Positions 33,924 through 45,170 of a stretch of DNA of 64,000 nt are shown here, piece after piece (positions within the stretch are counted from its first letter, which is position 1; each line of letters begins with the position of its first letter). The notes beneath the pieces are model-generated. The model ran no database searches. It saw nothing but the letters and a program-made list of their open reading frames with translations, and had not been told where the DNA came from. This DNA comes from an uncultured Planctomycetaceae bacterium. GTDB lineage: Bacteria > Planctomycetota > Planctomycetia > Pirellulales > PALSA-1355. Location: the NCBI GenBank assembly GCA_963785305.1, contig CAWAUV010000005.1:416001-480000 (forward strand). The letters are read 5' to 3'. The position numbers were made by a program, and so were the translations under genes.

Positions 33924-34754
33924 ATGAATTATTCGCAAAAGTTCAGAGTCGCGCCGGGGGTAAAGGTCAAACTCAAGGATATTGATCCGGACTACAAGGC
34001 CAGCCACAAAAACCATAAGGAAGCCGCCAAGGAAACCGCGCAATACCAGCAGCGGCTTCGAGAACTGCAAGACTTGCTCCATGCCGAGCGACGGCATTCC
34101 GTGTTGATCATTCTGCAGGGTCTGGATACGGCCGGTAAAGATGGAACGATCAATCACGTCTTGGGAGCGATGAATCCCCAGGGCTGCCGGGTGGCGTCGT
34201 TCCGCGAACCATCGGCCAAGGAGCTGGCCCACGACTTCCTGTGGCGGGCGCATCGGGTCGCCCCGGCCAGGGGCGAGGTCGTGATTTTTAACCGCTCGCA
34301 CTACGAGGACGTGCTGATCGTGCGAGTCCACAAAATGGTACCCGAGGATATTTGGACGCTCCGATACGACCAGATCAATGCATTCGAGAAGGGCCTCGTT
34401 GAACACGATACCCACATTCTCAAGTTCTACTTGCACATCTCCAAGGAAGAACAACTCAAGCGGTTCAAGAGTCGGCTCGACGATCCGACCAAGCAATGGA
34501 AGATCAGCGAGTCCGACTACAAGGAGCGATTGTTTTGGGATGACTACATTTCGGCCTTCGAAGACGCTTTGTCGCGCTGTCGCACGCGGGGCGCGCCATG
34601 GTTCATCATTCCGGCCAACCACAAGTGGTTCCGCAATCTCGCCATCGCCCAGATCGTCGTCGAATGCTTGGAATCGCTGCACATGAAATACCCCGAGCCC
34701 ACGGTGGACATCGAACACATTCGCGGCGAATATCATCGGGCAGAGAAGAAATAG
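33924..34754 (+). CDS. ppk2: Polyphosphate kinase 2 family phosphotransferase
   Basis: Walker A QGLDTAGKDG, MNPQG, HDFLWR, FNRSHYEDVL, PANHKWFRN. Confidence 0.93.
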   Translation: MNYSQKFRVAPGVKVKLKDIDPDYKASHKNHKEAAKETAQYQQRLRELQDLLHAERRHSVLIILQGLDTAGKDGTINHVLGAMNPQGCRVASFREPSAKELAHDFLWRAHRVAPARGEVVIFNRSHYEDVLIVRVHKMVPEDIWTLRYDQINAFEKGLVEHDTHILKFYLHISKEEQLKRFKSRLDDPTKQWKISESDYKERLFWDDYISAFEDALSRCRTRGAPWFIIPANHKWFRNLAIAQIVVECLESLHMKYPEPTVDIEHIRGEYHRAEKK

Positions 34755-34803
34755 CCGAGATTCCGGAGGCGGCGACCCGTCGGACGGTCCTGGAGAACGA
34801 GAA

Positions 34804-37276
34804 ATGGCCGAATCAAAGGATCTAGCTCAACTGCCTCTGGCCGAGTTGACCAAGCAACTCGAATCGTCGACGGAAGGCCTCACGGCCGACGCCGCGCTGC
34901 CCCGGCTATCTCGCTACGGGTACAACGAACTGCCCGAGAAGCCGGTTAACCCCCTGCTGAAGTTCCTGTCGTATTTCTGGGGGCCGATCCCGTGGATGAT
35001 CGAAGTGGCCGTGGTGCTATCGGCATTGGTAGGCCACTGGGCCGATTTCGGCATCATTCTGACCTTGCTCGTTTTTAACGCGGTCGTCGGCTTTTGGGAG
35101 GAATATCAGGCGGGCAATGCCATCGCCGCGCTCAAGGCGAAACTTGCGCTGACCGCCAAGGTCAAGCGCGACGGCAAATGGGCGAGTATCCCCGCTCGGG
35201 AACTCGTGCCCGGCGACGTAATCCGTGTTCGGCTGGGCGACATCGTGCCGGCCGACGCGAAGTTATTGACGGGCGACCCGCTCGAGGTGGACCAATCGGC
35301 GTTGACCGGCGAATCGTTGCCCGCCGAGCGAAAGAGCGGCGATGCGCTGTATTCGGGATCGATTGTGCGCCAGGGCGAAACCGAAGCGATGGTTTATGCG
35401 ACCGGCGCCAACACCTACTTCGGAAAGACCGCGCAACTGGTGCAGGAGGCTCACACCGTGAGCCATTTTCAGCGCGGTGCTGCAAATCGGCGATTACTTG
35501 ATCGTTCTCGCGGTGGCCCTGGTGGTGTTGATCTTGCTCGTCGCGCTATTTCGTGGCGACCGAATGCTCACGACCCTGGAGTTCGCCTTGGTTTTGCTCG
35601 TGGCCGCCATCCCCGTGGCCATGCCCACCGTGTTGTCGGTGACGATGGCGGTCGGCGCGCGTCGCCTGGCGAGGAGCGAAGCGATCGTTACTCGGCTGTC
35701 GGCGATCGAGGAGCTCGCCGGAGTCGACATACTGTGCTCGGACAAGACCGGCACGTTGACCCAGAACAAGCTAACCCTGGGCGATCCGTTCCGCGTCGAT
35801 GGCGTCGCCGCGGATCAGGTGATCCTTTGCGCCGCGCTGGCGTCTCGCGCGGAGGACAACGACACCATCGATCTGGCCGTAATCGCCGGCCTGAAAGACG
35901 CTCGGGTTTTGAAGGACTACCAAGTCGTCCATTTCAAGCCGTTCGATCCCGTGCATAAGCGCACGGAAGCCACGGTCCAAGCCGCCGACGGAAAACAGTT
36001 CGGAGTGTCCAAAGGCGCTCCTCAAGTCATCTTGGAAATGTCGGCCAACGCCACGGAGGTAAAGCCCGCCGTCGAAAAAGCAATCAACGACTTCGCGGCG
36101 CGCGGCTTCCGTTCCTTGGGTGTCGCGCGGATGGATGAGGAAGGCAAGTGGCGCTGTATCGGCGTGTTGCCGCTATTCGACCCGCCGCGCGAGCAGGCGA
36201 AAGCAACCATTGCCAGCGCTCGACAAATCGGCGTCAGCGTCAAGATGGTGACGGGCGATCAAATAGCCATCGCTCGGGAAACCGCTCGGCAACTGGGGCT
36301 GGGCGCCAACATCTTCGACGCCAGCGGTCTCGGCGACACGAAGCATCATGAATCCGAGCAGTCGGCCGAGGCGATCGAAAAAGCCGATGGCTTCGCGCAG
36401 GTGTTTCCCGAACATAAGTTCCACATCGTGGATGTGTTGCAGCGGCGTGGCCATATCGTTGGAATGACCGGCGACGGGGTCAATGACGCGCCGGCGCTCA
36501 AGAAGGCCGATTGCGGAATCGCCGTTTCCGGCGCGACGGACGCGGCCCGCGCGGCGGCGGATATCGTGCTGATGACGTCTGGCTTGTCGGTGATTATCGA
36601 CGCGATCCGAGAGAGCCGGAAGATTTTTCAGCGAATGAACAGCTACGCGATTTATCGCATCGCCGAAACGCTGCGCGTGCTCTTTTTCATGACCCTATCG
36701 ATCCTGGTCTTCAATTTCTACCCCGTGACCGCGGTGATGATCGTGATGCTGGCCTTGCTCAACGACGGGGCCATTCTCTCAATTGCCTACGACAATGTTC
36801 GTTACAAGAATCAGCCCGAGTCCTGGAACATGCGCATGGTGCTGGGGGTCGCCACGGTGCTAGGCGTTGTCGGGGTCGTGGCGGCGTTTGGCCTGTTCTA
36901 CTTGGGCGAACGCGTGTTTGGCCTCGACCGCGATCGAATCCAAACCCTGATGTATATGAAGCTCTCCGTGGCCGGACATCTGACGATCTTCCTGACTCGC
37001 ACAAGGGGACCCTTCTGGTCGATACGGCCCGCCAAAATTCTCTGGGTGGCGGTGCTCGGCACGCAAATCATCGCAACGCTGATCGCGGTCTATGGGCTGT
37101 TCATGGCGCCGCTCGGCTGGGGTTGGGCCCTGTTTGTTTGGGGCTATGCCTTGGCCTGGTTTTTCTTCAACGACCGGCTCAAGCTCGCCGCATATCGATT
37201 TCTTGATTCTCATCCCAGCGGATGGTTGACCAAAAAAAAGGCGGCCCGCCGGAGCAACGACACGCCGCGCTCATGA
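34804..37276 (+). CDS. Plasma-membrane type (P-type IIIA) H+-efflux ATPase (frameshift near 35473)
   Basis: FWGPIPWMIE, QSALTGES, IPVAMP, CSDKTGTLT, MTGDGVNDAPALK, TM6 ALLNDG. Confidence 0.9.
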
Positions 37277-37382
37277 TGAACCCCGGGGACGATCGCATCC
37301 AGCGCCGCCGGTCCGCGCTCCAGGGGCATTGATATCCGCGAATCGCCCTGGGGAAGAAGCGACGAACTCGGGGCGTCGAGAG

Positions 37383-37442
37383 AAAAAAGCGCCGAACCAA
37401 ACCCGGAGCGCCGTCCATGACGCTCCCGTTGGGTTCGGCATC
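37383..37442 (-). terminator. Long-hairpin intrinsic terminator downstream of mraZ
   Basis: GCCGAACC...GGAGCG-loop-CGCTCC...GGTTCGGC followed by GCTTTTTT on the minus strand. Confidence 0.6.
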
Positions 37443-37657
37443 GGCGAGGGCTTCGTCGCTCGTGACAGCGAAGCTCCCGCCATGTTCGCGGCCTCAGCAT
37501 CCATGCACGAGACCCGCGCCGTTCACAACCAGTCGGGTGGCCGGTGACTGGATGCGCAAAGCGCGCGTGGCGAACATTTGGGACGGACAACTACCCCCCC
37601 TGGAAAACGAACAATCAACCCATCCACCAGCGCGGTCGATCCACGCTCGGCCGGCAA

Positions 37658-38097
37658 TCAGTTTTTGAAAGCCGATTCGGCGAGCTCGTCGAAATGACTC
37701 TGTTTTTGAGAGACATACGACTCCCACGCCGTTTTGTCCCATAGCTCCAAGTGATCGCTGACACCGACGAGCACCACGTCTTTCGTGAGCTGCGCCAAGC
37801 AGCCAGCTCATTCGGCACTCGCACCCGACCCTGCGCATCCAATTCCAAGGCGTGTACTTTTGCGTAGAACAATCGTCCGAAGTCCCGGACGTCTTTTTCG
37901 GCGGGAGAGGCTTTGCCGAGCCGCTCGGTGAGCGAGCGAAAGGCGGCTTCCGAGTAAAGGGCCAGTGACCGGTCCGTTCCCGGCGCCAGGTAAACCGGAC
38001 ACTCGCTCGAGCCGCCCAGAGATGCCCGGAATTGCTTGGGAATGGCGACACGGAGTTTGTCATCCAAGTTTCTCGCAAATGTGCCGGTCAGGAGCAT
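37658..38097 (-). CDS. mraZ: Division/cell-wall cluster repressor MraZ (frameshift near 37795)
   Basis: LDDKLRVAIP and LDAQGRVRVP AbrB-like repeats; the other frame gives VVLVGVSDHLELWD. Confidence 0.88.
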
Positions 38098-38100
38098 CGA

Positions 38101-38169
38101 CTCACCACTGTGCCCCACTCATCCCCACTGGGTCCCAAATGTATAACTTCTGGCCCCAAGCATCGTCAA
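38101..38169 (-). promoter_or_regulatory. MraZ-type operator repeats and promoter
   Basis: TTGGG/GTGGGG/GTGGGG/GTGGTG at exact 10-bp spacing; TTGACG-18 nt-TATACA upstream. Confidence 0.7.
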
Positions 38170-38271
38170 GCGCGGCTTCCCGCACTGGTGGATTCCACGA
38201 TCGACGCCCAGTTCCGAATCGCTTGCGGAGCAACCAGTTCGGTCGCCGAAAAAGTTAGCAAAAAACTTTTT

Positions 38272-39525
38272 CTACCGCCGGCGATCGCCGTGCTCGACAT
38301 GCGTGCGATAGGCCTCCGCATAGCGCTCGACCATCGCTCGAAGCGAAAAATGGATCGCCACGCGAGCCTGGTTTGAAACTCCGATCTCTCGTGCCAGCAA
38401 TGGGTTGCGACACAAGAGCACAATGCGGCCGGCGGCTTCGACCCAGCATTGTGGGGCGACCACCTGCACGCTGCTTCCCGGCCCGAGTAGCTCGGCCACG
38501 CCTTCGACGCCGGTCGCCACCACCGGCTTGCCGCAGGCCATCGCCTCGAGCAGCACATTGGACATGCCCTCGTAGCGAGAGAGGGAAACGATCACCTCGG
38601 CCGAGGCCATGAGCGGCGCGATGTCGGCCTGCCAGGGAACGAACCGGATGCGAGATCCAAAGCCGCCGCGCCGCGCTAGGGCCTCGAGCGAAGGCCCTTG
38701 ATCGCCGCGCCCCACGACGACGAGCTCGTGCTCCGGCAACGCCGAAAGAAACGCGGGCGCTAGTCGCACAAGCCGGTCGATGCCTTTCTGCGGCGCGAGT
38801 CGCCCCACGCAAAGAATCTGGCGGCGCGTCGCTGGCCCGGCGAGCAAACGCCGCGACGCGCTATTGGCGGGGTCCCGCGCCGCCGCCGCGGCGAGTCGAA
38901 ACCGCTCGAAGTCGACGCCATTGGGCACAACGCACAGCTTTGCTGGCGAGAGCCCGATGACGTTGGCCGAAAAGTCAGCCACCGATTGGCTCACGCACAA
39001 GTGACGCGCGATCCAGGGATCGACCGCCGCCAAGGCGGTCCAGCGGAGCGGCCTTCGATGTTCGGCCACGCGTAGCCCGGCGAGCGTGGGCCCGACTCCC
39101 GCCCGGTGGGCCGCCACGGCGCCGAGCACATTGGAATGATGCAAAAAGGTGTGGATCACCCGCGGCCGATGCTCCGCGAACCAACGCGTGAGCCGCGACA
39201 GCGCGGCGGGCGCGTCGCGCAGAGCGCGGGCATTGAGAAAAAACATTGGCACGCCGGCGGCTTCGAGCCGGGCATGGAGCGGGCCGCGATCCCGCGCGAC
39301 GCGATTGTGACTCGCGCGTCCAGGGTCATTTCGTTTGGGCAATGGGGCGTCGCCGGGTGGCGGCGCGAGCGAAATCACGCGTGGGGAAAACTCGCGGCGG
39401 TCGAGCCGGGTGGCGATCTCGACCAAGCAGCGCTCCGCCCCGCCGACTTCGAGGCTCGTAATGCAAAGCGCCAGCGATAGTGGCCGGGAGCCTGGGCAAT
39501 GCGAGTCGGGCGTTTTGCGTTTCAC
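38272..39525 (-). CDS. GT4 family glycosyltransferase
   Basis: GGAER, VPNGVD, VGRLAPQKG, EGMSNVLLEAMACG. Confidence 0.9.
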   Translation of the reverse strand: MKRKTPDSHCPGSRPLSLALCITSLEVGGAERCLVEIATRLDRREFSPRVISLAPPPGDAPLPKRNDPGRASHNRVARDRGPLHARLEAAGVPMFFLNARALRDAPAALSRLTRWFAEHRPRVIHTFLHHSNVLGAVAAHRAGVGPTLAGLRVAEHRRPLRWTALAAVDPWIARHLCVSQSVADFSANVIGLSPAKLCVVPNGVDFERFRLAAAAARDPANSASRRLLAGPATRRQILCVGRLAPQKGIDRLVRLAPAFLSALPEHELVVVGRGDQGPSLEALARRGGFGSRIRFVPWQADIAPLMASAEVIVSLSRYEGMSNVLLEAMACGKPVVATGVEGVAELLGPGSSVQVVAPQCWVEAAGRIVLLCRNPLLAREIGVSNQARVAIHFSLRAMVERYAEAYRTHVEHGDRRR

Positions 39526-39538
39526 GATTTCAACTGAC

Positions 39539-40971
39539 TTCGACTTTTGCATTTTATGCGGCCATTGCCACGGCGTTTTCCAGGAGTCGTTGGATTTTTC
39601 GCGACCCTGGCCCCTGAAAGCGCCAACGTTAAAACCTGTTGGCGCACGCTAAGCCGTCGGAGCGTGCCGAGCATGTCGGCGAATGACGGTTGCGTCTTCG
39701 ACGCGTGCCAAGGGTGGAGCATCGGACGCCAATTGCGATGACCCTCGCGGGCAAACCACAACACGATCAGGCTGTACAACAACATGGCCATCGGAGCCGT
39801 CCGCTCGACCGCGCGATGTGTCCAGCCTTGCGGTTGTTCAAATCCCAAGTATTGCTTACTGTCGTGGTTCGTGACTTCGATGCTCCAGCGCATCGCGTAC
39901 CAAGCGATCACTTGTTCGGCGGTTGCTTCGGAGCGAGTGGAATAGAATGCCTCTTGCCCGCGGCCGCCTTCGAGGGCGGGTGCCGCCACCACGCGAACCG
40001 GCCGTTGGGGAGCGGCATGCATGTGGGCCACTTGCTCCGTCAAGCGGGCTGTTTCGCGCCGCCCGTAGATATTCAGGGTCGCGCGACGACAGCGTCCCTT
40101 GAGCATTGCCCCCGGCGTGGGAAGTCGTTGGCCGAACTTCCGCGGTCGGCCATTGGTTCTCGCTTCGCGCCCCGGCGGCGGCCCGTACAAGCGAGCGTCC
40201 TTTACGAGTCGGCTGGTCAAATCGCAATTCGTCGGCAAGAAGCAGAGCAAGCTCCGACCGCCATAGGCGCTGTCGGCGACGACGTGAAAACGGCGGCTTT
40301 TGTGGTGGTTGCACAACACGTCGAGCATCTCGACCGCCAATTCCGGCCGGGTGCGATATGGGCGCCGATGCTTGGCGGCGCTCTTCTTGTTCAAGTGCAG
40401 GCGAAACAAGATCGGCAGGCAATAATAATGTCCCTTGCGAAACGGCAATTCGACAATCACGCCCAGCACGACCCAACTATGCCCCCAGTTGGTAATCACC
40501 TTGCCACGGCTGGAGAGCAAAGGGTCGTGGTGCATGCCGGCGCCGAACATCGTCAATCCGCGCTTGCGAGCCAGCGTGTCGTCGAGTCCCAGCAAGACGG
40601 CGTCTCCCAAAAACGGCTGGATCAATTCGAACATGGCCAGCCCGAGCGAGTCGCGCGACCAACGGGCCGCGCTGAACAAACGGTGATACGACGAGAAGTG
40701 CTTACTCGCCGTGTCGCCAGCCGCGACGATCATGCACGTGACCGTGCGGCGACTGGCGAAGACCCAGCCGGTCAGAACCGTCGTCATACTCGCGAAAGTC
40801 GGCGCCGTCATTGTGGCGGACAGCCCTTGCAAAAGCGCCATGAAGCCGGGTACAAGTTCCATTGTGAGCCTCCTTGCTCGATGCCTGAGAGTGAAGTCCC
40901 AAGCATTGTCGCGGAGGCTCACGCTATTTACGAAGACCAGTTTGAGCACCCTTAAAAGTGCAAAAGTCGAA
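39539..40971 (-). mobile_element. IS701-like insertion sequence
   Basis: 13-bp TIR TTCGACTTTTGCA at 39539-39551 and its inverse at 40959-40971 around a DDE transposase. Confidence 0.85.
39554..40862 (-). CDS. DDE transposase (IS701/DDE_5-like); probable extra G near 39612
   Basis: LDDTLARKRG, VADSAYG, YAMRWSIE; with one G removed the C-terminus reads ...LLENAVAMAA* next to the TIR. Confidence 0.85.
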
Positions 40972-41189
40972 TTAAAATGTGCGGCATCAGCGATTCGTTA
41001 CCTTTTATGACGTCGATCGGGAGCATCATCCGTCGATTCGCCAGCCGGCGATTTGCGAGCGAGTTTTGCCGTAGCAAAACTGCATTCGGTTAAGCGATGC
41101 CATGCCTTCGGCACTGCCGGCGCGGCTTGATCTTTGACAATCCGATTAGCCACGCGTCCGAGCGGCCCTCGGCGCGCGGCGTGGGCGCG

Positions 41190-41530
41190 GATGACGTCGA
41201 CGCCCGCGGCGGGCGGAACTACGACCGGATTTATCGCGTGGAGTCGGTCACCGGCCCGCTGGGCAAGACGCTCGGCTATGCGTACGACGCGGCCGATCGC
41301 CGCCAGACGATGCGGAATCCGGACAACGGCCTGTTCAGCTACACGCGCGACGCGGTGGGCAATATCACGCTGCTGGTCAATCCGCTGGGCGAAGCGGCGA
41401 CGACGACGTTCGATCCGCTCAATCAGCCGCTGGTCAAGACGCTCGGTAACGGCGCGGTGGCCGGCAACGTCTACGATCAGGCCAATCGGCTCGTCGTGCT
41501 CGAAAACCTCACCAGCGCCGGGGCGGCCAA
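41190..41530 (+). pseudogene. RHS/YD-repeat remnant
   Basis: YDRIYRV, YAYDAADRR, YTRDAVGN, FDPLNQ, YDQANRL repeats with no N-terminus or RHS core. Confidence 0.7.
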
Positions 41531-41709
41531 TGTTTTGAGGCACGGCTTCAGAATGGTGGCGGGCGCCGTTTTTGGAAAGCTGGGCAAGTCAGGTAATCCT
41601 GGTCTGGAAACTGATCTCGACTTCAGGGGGCCATTCGCGTTACCAAGAGGTCGCCCGCCGAGAGTACGCCCGCCTTGTAGCACTGATCCGAAAACCGTTC
41701 AAGGAAGGC

Positions 41710-41758
41710 GGGACACGCACATTTTGCACAATGGGCATCGCAAAATGAGCAAAGTCCC
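41710..41758. repeat. REP-like palindrome
   Basis: GGGAC...CATTTTGC-loop-GCAAAATG...GTCCC. Confidence 0.5.
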
Positions 41759-42120
41759 CACCGGTATTCGGAGAGTATCTCATCGCCGAAATATCCTCGC
41801 CGGGGAGCTTGCGGCGGCGTTTGTTTTGAATCGCGGGAAAACTTGCTAGCAAAATGCTTGCAGTTTCCGCACAGGGTTGAATAATTACGATGACACACCC
41901 CTTCCGCCGCTCTTTGATATTCGTCCCGCGCCGGGCCTCGGCGCGAATCTGCTTGGCCCGTGCGTCGGGCGACGCGTTTCGACAAATTTCAGGCTTCGCT
42001 CGAGTGGGAGCGTTCGGTCGCGCGTCGCGCGTTTTGTTTGCATCGCGCGGCGCGCGTGAAGCGGTAATTCGGTTCGATTGCGATGCATCGTCGGAAGTTC
42101 CTCGGCTGGAGGCCATTTTC

Positions 42121-44808
42121 ATGAGACGTGTTTGCCTCGCTGCTCGTCGCGCTCGCGGAGCTTTTAGCGGAATGTTCACGCAAAGGCCGCTTAGCGCCCT
42201 GGTCGCGCTCGTGGCGAGCCTCGCCGCCGCGCCGGCGAATGCCGAGACCGAGCTTGCGACGCCCGCGACGCCGAGTTTGGCCGCGGCCGCGTCGCCCGTG
42301 GCCCCCGCTTCGCCGCCGGTCGCCCGCGGCGCGAAGGGCGACATCGAAAACATCACCATCGAGACCGGCCGCGCCGTCGACGGGGTGTTTGCCCTTGTGG
42401 GACGCGATGCCCGCCAGCAATTGCTTGTCGAAGGCGCGGGCGCGAGCGGCGCCCGCGACCTCACGCGGCAAGTGTCCTACCGCACGAGTCCGCCCGGCAT
42501 TGTCGCGGTGAGCGCCGCGGGGGGGGTCACTCCGCTGGCCAATGGCCGGGCCACGATCACCGCCCAAGCCGCGGGCGGACTCGAAGCGAGCATCGATGTG
42601 GTGGTGTCGCGCTTGGGCGATGAGCCCCCGATCAATTTCACCAATCAAATCGTGCCGGTCTTCACCAAGCTTTCGTGCAATAGCGGCGGGTGCCACGGCA
42701 AAGCGAGCGGGCAAAATGGATTCCGCCTCTCGCTGCTCGGGTTCGAGCCGGCCGAAGATTACGAACATTTGGTGAAAGAGGCCCGCGGGCGCCGAGTGTT
42801 TCCGGCGGCGCCCGAGCAAAGCTTGCTGCTGAAGAAACCGCTGGGCGATTCACCGCATGGCGGTGGAACGCGGCTCGATCGCGATTCGCATGCGTATCGA
42901 ACCCTGTACCGCTGGATTGCCCAGGGCATGCCCTACGGTCGGGCCGATGATCCCACGATCACGCGTGTCGAGGTGTTGCCCAAGCGGCGGGTGATGTCGA
43001 AGCTGGGCGAACAGCAATTGCTGGTCGTGGCCCACTATAGCGATGGCTCGACCGAAGACGTGACAGGCAACTCGCAGTTCGAGCCCAATAGCGCCGACAT
43101 GGCCGAAGTCTCCAGCGGCGGACTCGTGACGATGCGCGAACTGACCGGCGATGTGGCGGTGATGGCGCGCTATCAGGGGCAGGTCGATGTGTTTCGCGGA
43201 GCCGAACCGCTGGGCGCGCCGGTCGAGGGATTGCCGGCCGAGCGTAATTTCATCGACACGCTGGTGTTCAAAAAGCTTTGCGAACTGGGCATGCCGCCCT
43301 CGGGGCCCTCGGACGACGCCACGTTTCTCCGCCGAGTGAGCATCGATATTTGCGGGCGCACGCCCACCGGCGGCGAAGTGGAGCGATTTCTAGCCGATCG
43401 CGATCCCGAGAAGCGCGACCGCCTGATCGATCATTTGCTCAATAGTCGCGACTATGCCGACTACTTCGCCACGAAGTGGAGCTCGGTGCTGCGCAACAAG
43501 CGGCGCACCGAAGCGCATGCTCGCGGCACCTATGTCTTCCATGCCTGGATTCGCGAGAACCTTTATGCCAATACGTCGTACGACGAACTTGTTCGCCGCA
43601 TTTTGACCGCGTCGGGCGAGATCGGTCAAAATCCGCCGGTGACTTGGTATCGCGAAGTGAAAGACATTCACGACCAGACCGAGGACATGGCCCAACTGTT
43701 TCTCGGTCTCAGGATCAAATGCGCCCAGTGCCACCATCATCCCTACGAACGCTGGAGCCAACAGGACTATTCGGGCCTGGCGGCGTTTTTCAGCCGCGTG
43801 GGCCGCAAGAACGGTCTCCAGCCCAACGAGGAACGCATCTACCACAAGCGTGGCGCCGCCGGCATGTTGAATCCCAAGACGCAGGAAATGGCGTCGCCCG
43901 CTGGACTTGGCAGCCCCGCGGTCACGCTCGCTCCCGATGAAGACCCGCGCCAGGCGCTCGTCGACTGGATGACCGACAAGTCGAATCCCTACTTCGCGCC
44001 GGCCCTGGTGAATCGTTACTGGAAACACTTCTTCGGCCGCGGCTTGGTCGACCCGGAAGATGATATGCGGGTCACGAACCCGGCGACGAATCCCGAATTG
44101 CTGGCGGCCCTGGCCGAGCACTTCACGGCGTCGGGCTACGACCTGAAAGACTTGGTGCGCACGATCTGCCGCTCGCAGACCTATCAGCTTAGCGCCGAGC
44201 CCAATGCCCACAATATGAATGATCGTCAGAATTTCTCGCGATATTATCCCAAGCGTCTCGCCGCCGAAGTGTTGCTCGACGCCGTCGATCGGGCCACCGG
44301 GGCCCAAAGCGAGTTCAATGGCATGCCGCCCGGCACCCGGGCCGTGCAACTGCCCGACACCGGCTTCAATTCGTACTTTCTCACCGTGTTTGGCAGACCC
44401 GAATCGTCGAGCGCGTGTGAATGCGAGCGTTCGGGCGAGGCCAATTTGGCTCAAAGCCTACATCTCTTGAATTCCGCCGAGGTGCAGAGCAAACTATCGA
44501 ATCCGGGCGGTCGTGTGTCGGAGCTTGCGCAAGATGCTTCGCTCTCGCGCGAGGAAAAGATTCGTCGGCTGTACCTGGGCGCCATGTCCCGGGCGCCGCA
44601 GCTCGAGGAATTGGATGTGGCGATGGCCCACTTGGGCAAAGCGGTGGAACGCTTGGCCGCGGAGAAGGCCGTGGTCGGGCCGTCGAGCGGCCCGGCGCCG
44701 GTCGCGCCGGAGTTGAATCGCGCCGAGATCGTGCGCACCGAGCAGGGCGCGATGGAAGATATCCTCTGGGCGCTGATCAATACGAAAGAGTTTTTGTTCA
44801 ACCATTAG
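42121..44808 (+). CDS. DUF1549/DUF1553 protein with Ig-like domains (start uncertain)
   Basis: CNSGGCHG, NFID...FLRR, CAQCHHHP, NRYWKHFFGRG, FGRP...CECER, C-terminal EFLFNH. Confidence 0.88.
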   Translation: MRRVCLAARRARGAFSGMFTQRPLSALVALVASLAAAPANAETELATPATPSLAAAASPVAPASPPVARGAKGDIENITIETGRAVDGVFALVGRDARQQLLVEGAGASGARDLTRQVSYRTSPPGIVAVSAAGGVTPLANGRATITAQAAGGLEASIDVVVSRLGDEPPINFTNQIVPVFTKLSCNSGGCHGKASGQNGFRLSLLGFEPAEDYEHLVKEARGRRVFPAAPEQSLLLKKPLGDSPHGGGTRLDRDSHAYRTLYRWIAQGMPYGRADDPTITRVEVLPKRRVMSKLGEQQLLVVAHYSDGSTEDVTGNSQFEPNSADMAEVSSGGLVTMRELTGDVAVMARYQGQVDVFRGAEPLGAPVEGLPAERNFIDTLVFKKLCELGMPPSGPSDDATFLRRVSIDICGRTPTGGEVERFLADRDPEKRDRLIDHLLNSRDYADYFATKWSSVLRNKRRTEAHARGTYVFHAWIRENLYANTSYDELVRRILTASGEIGQNPPVTWYREVKDIHDQTEDMAQLFLGLRIKCAQCHHHPYERWSQQDYSGLAAFFSRVGRKNGLQPNEERIYHKRGAAGMLNPKTQEMASPAGLGSPAVTLAPDEDPRQALVDWMTDKSNPYFAPALVNRYWKHFFGRGLVDPEDDMRVTNPATNPELLAALAEHFTASGYDLKDLVRTICRSQTYQLSAEPNAHNMNDRQNFSRYYPKRLAAEVLLDAVDRATGAQSEFNGMPPGTRAVQLPDTGFNSYFLTVFGRPESSSACECERSGEANLAQSLHLLNSAEVQSKLSNPGGRVSELAQDASLSREEKIRRLYLGAMSRAPQLEELDVAMAHLGKAVERLAAEKAVVGPSSGPAPVAPELNRAEIVRTEQGAMEDILWALINTKEFLFNH

Positions 44809-44969
44809 TGCCTTGTCACGGCTTGAAATGACGGAACGGATTCGTTCCGTGGCGCCATGCCCACGGCCCTGCGTGGGCATGAGGACTCCGCGTGGCGCTC
44901 GAAAACATGCCCACGCTGGGCGTGGGAATGGCACACGGGGTTACCTATCATTTCAGCCGTGACAATGCG
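44808..44969. mobile_element. MITE family C (~160 bp) with internal REP pair
   Basis: TIRs TTGTCACGGCTTGAAATGA/TCATTTCAGCCGTGACAA; internal CATGCCCACG...CGTGGG hairpins twice; begins at the TAG stop. Confidence 0.65.
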
Positions 44970-45170
44970 TTCGACGCGACCCGCCCCGCGACGCAAGTCG
45001 TTTGGCGGCGCGAGGCTCCATTTCTTTCGCGCCCGAGTGTCTCGGTCACGCATCGCGGAAACTAGTTTTGGTTCGTTTCGAGTTTGTTCGTTTACGATCG
45101 CCCGCCCCGCCCCCACGCCGCTTGCCACGCATTCCCCCCCGCCGGATTCTCGCCTTGGAGTGATGTTCCC

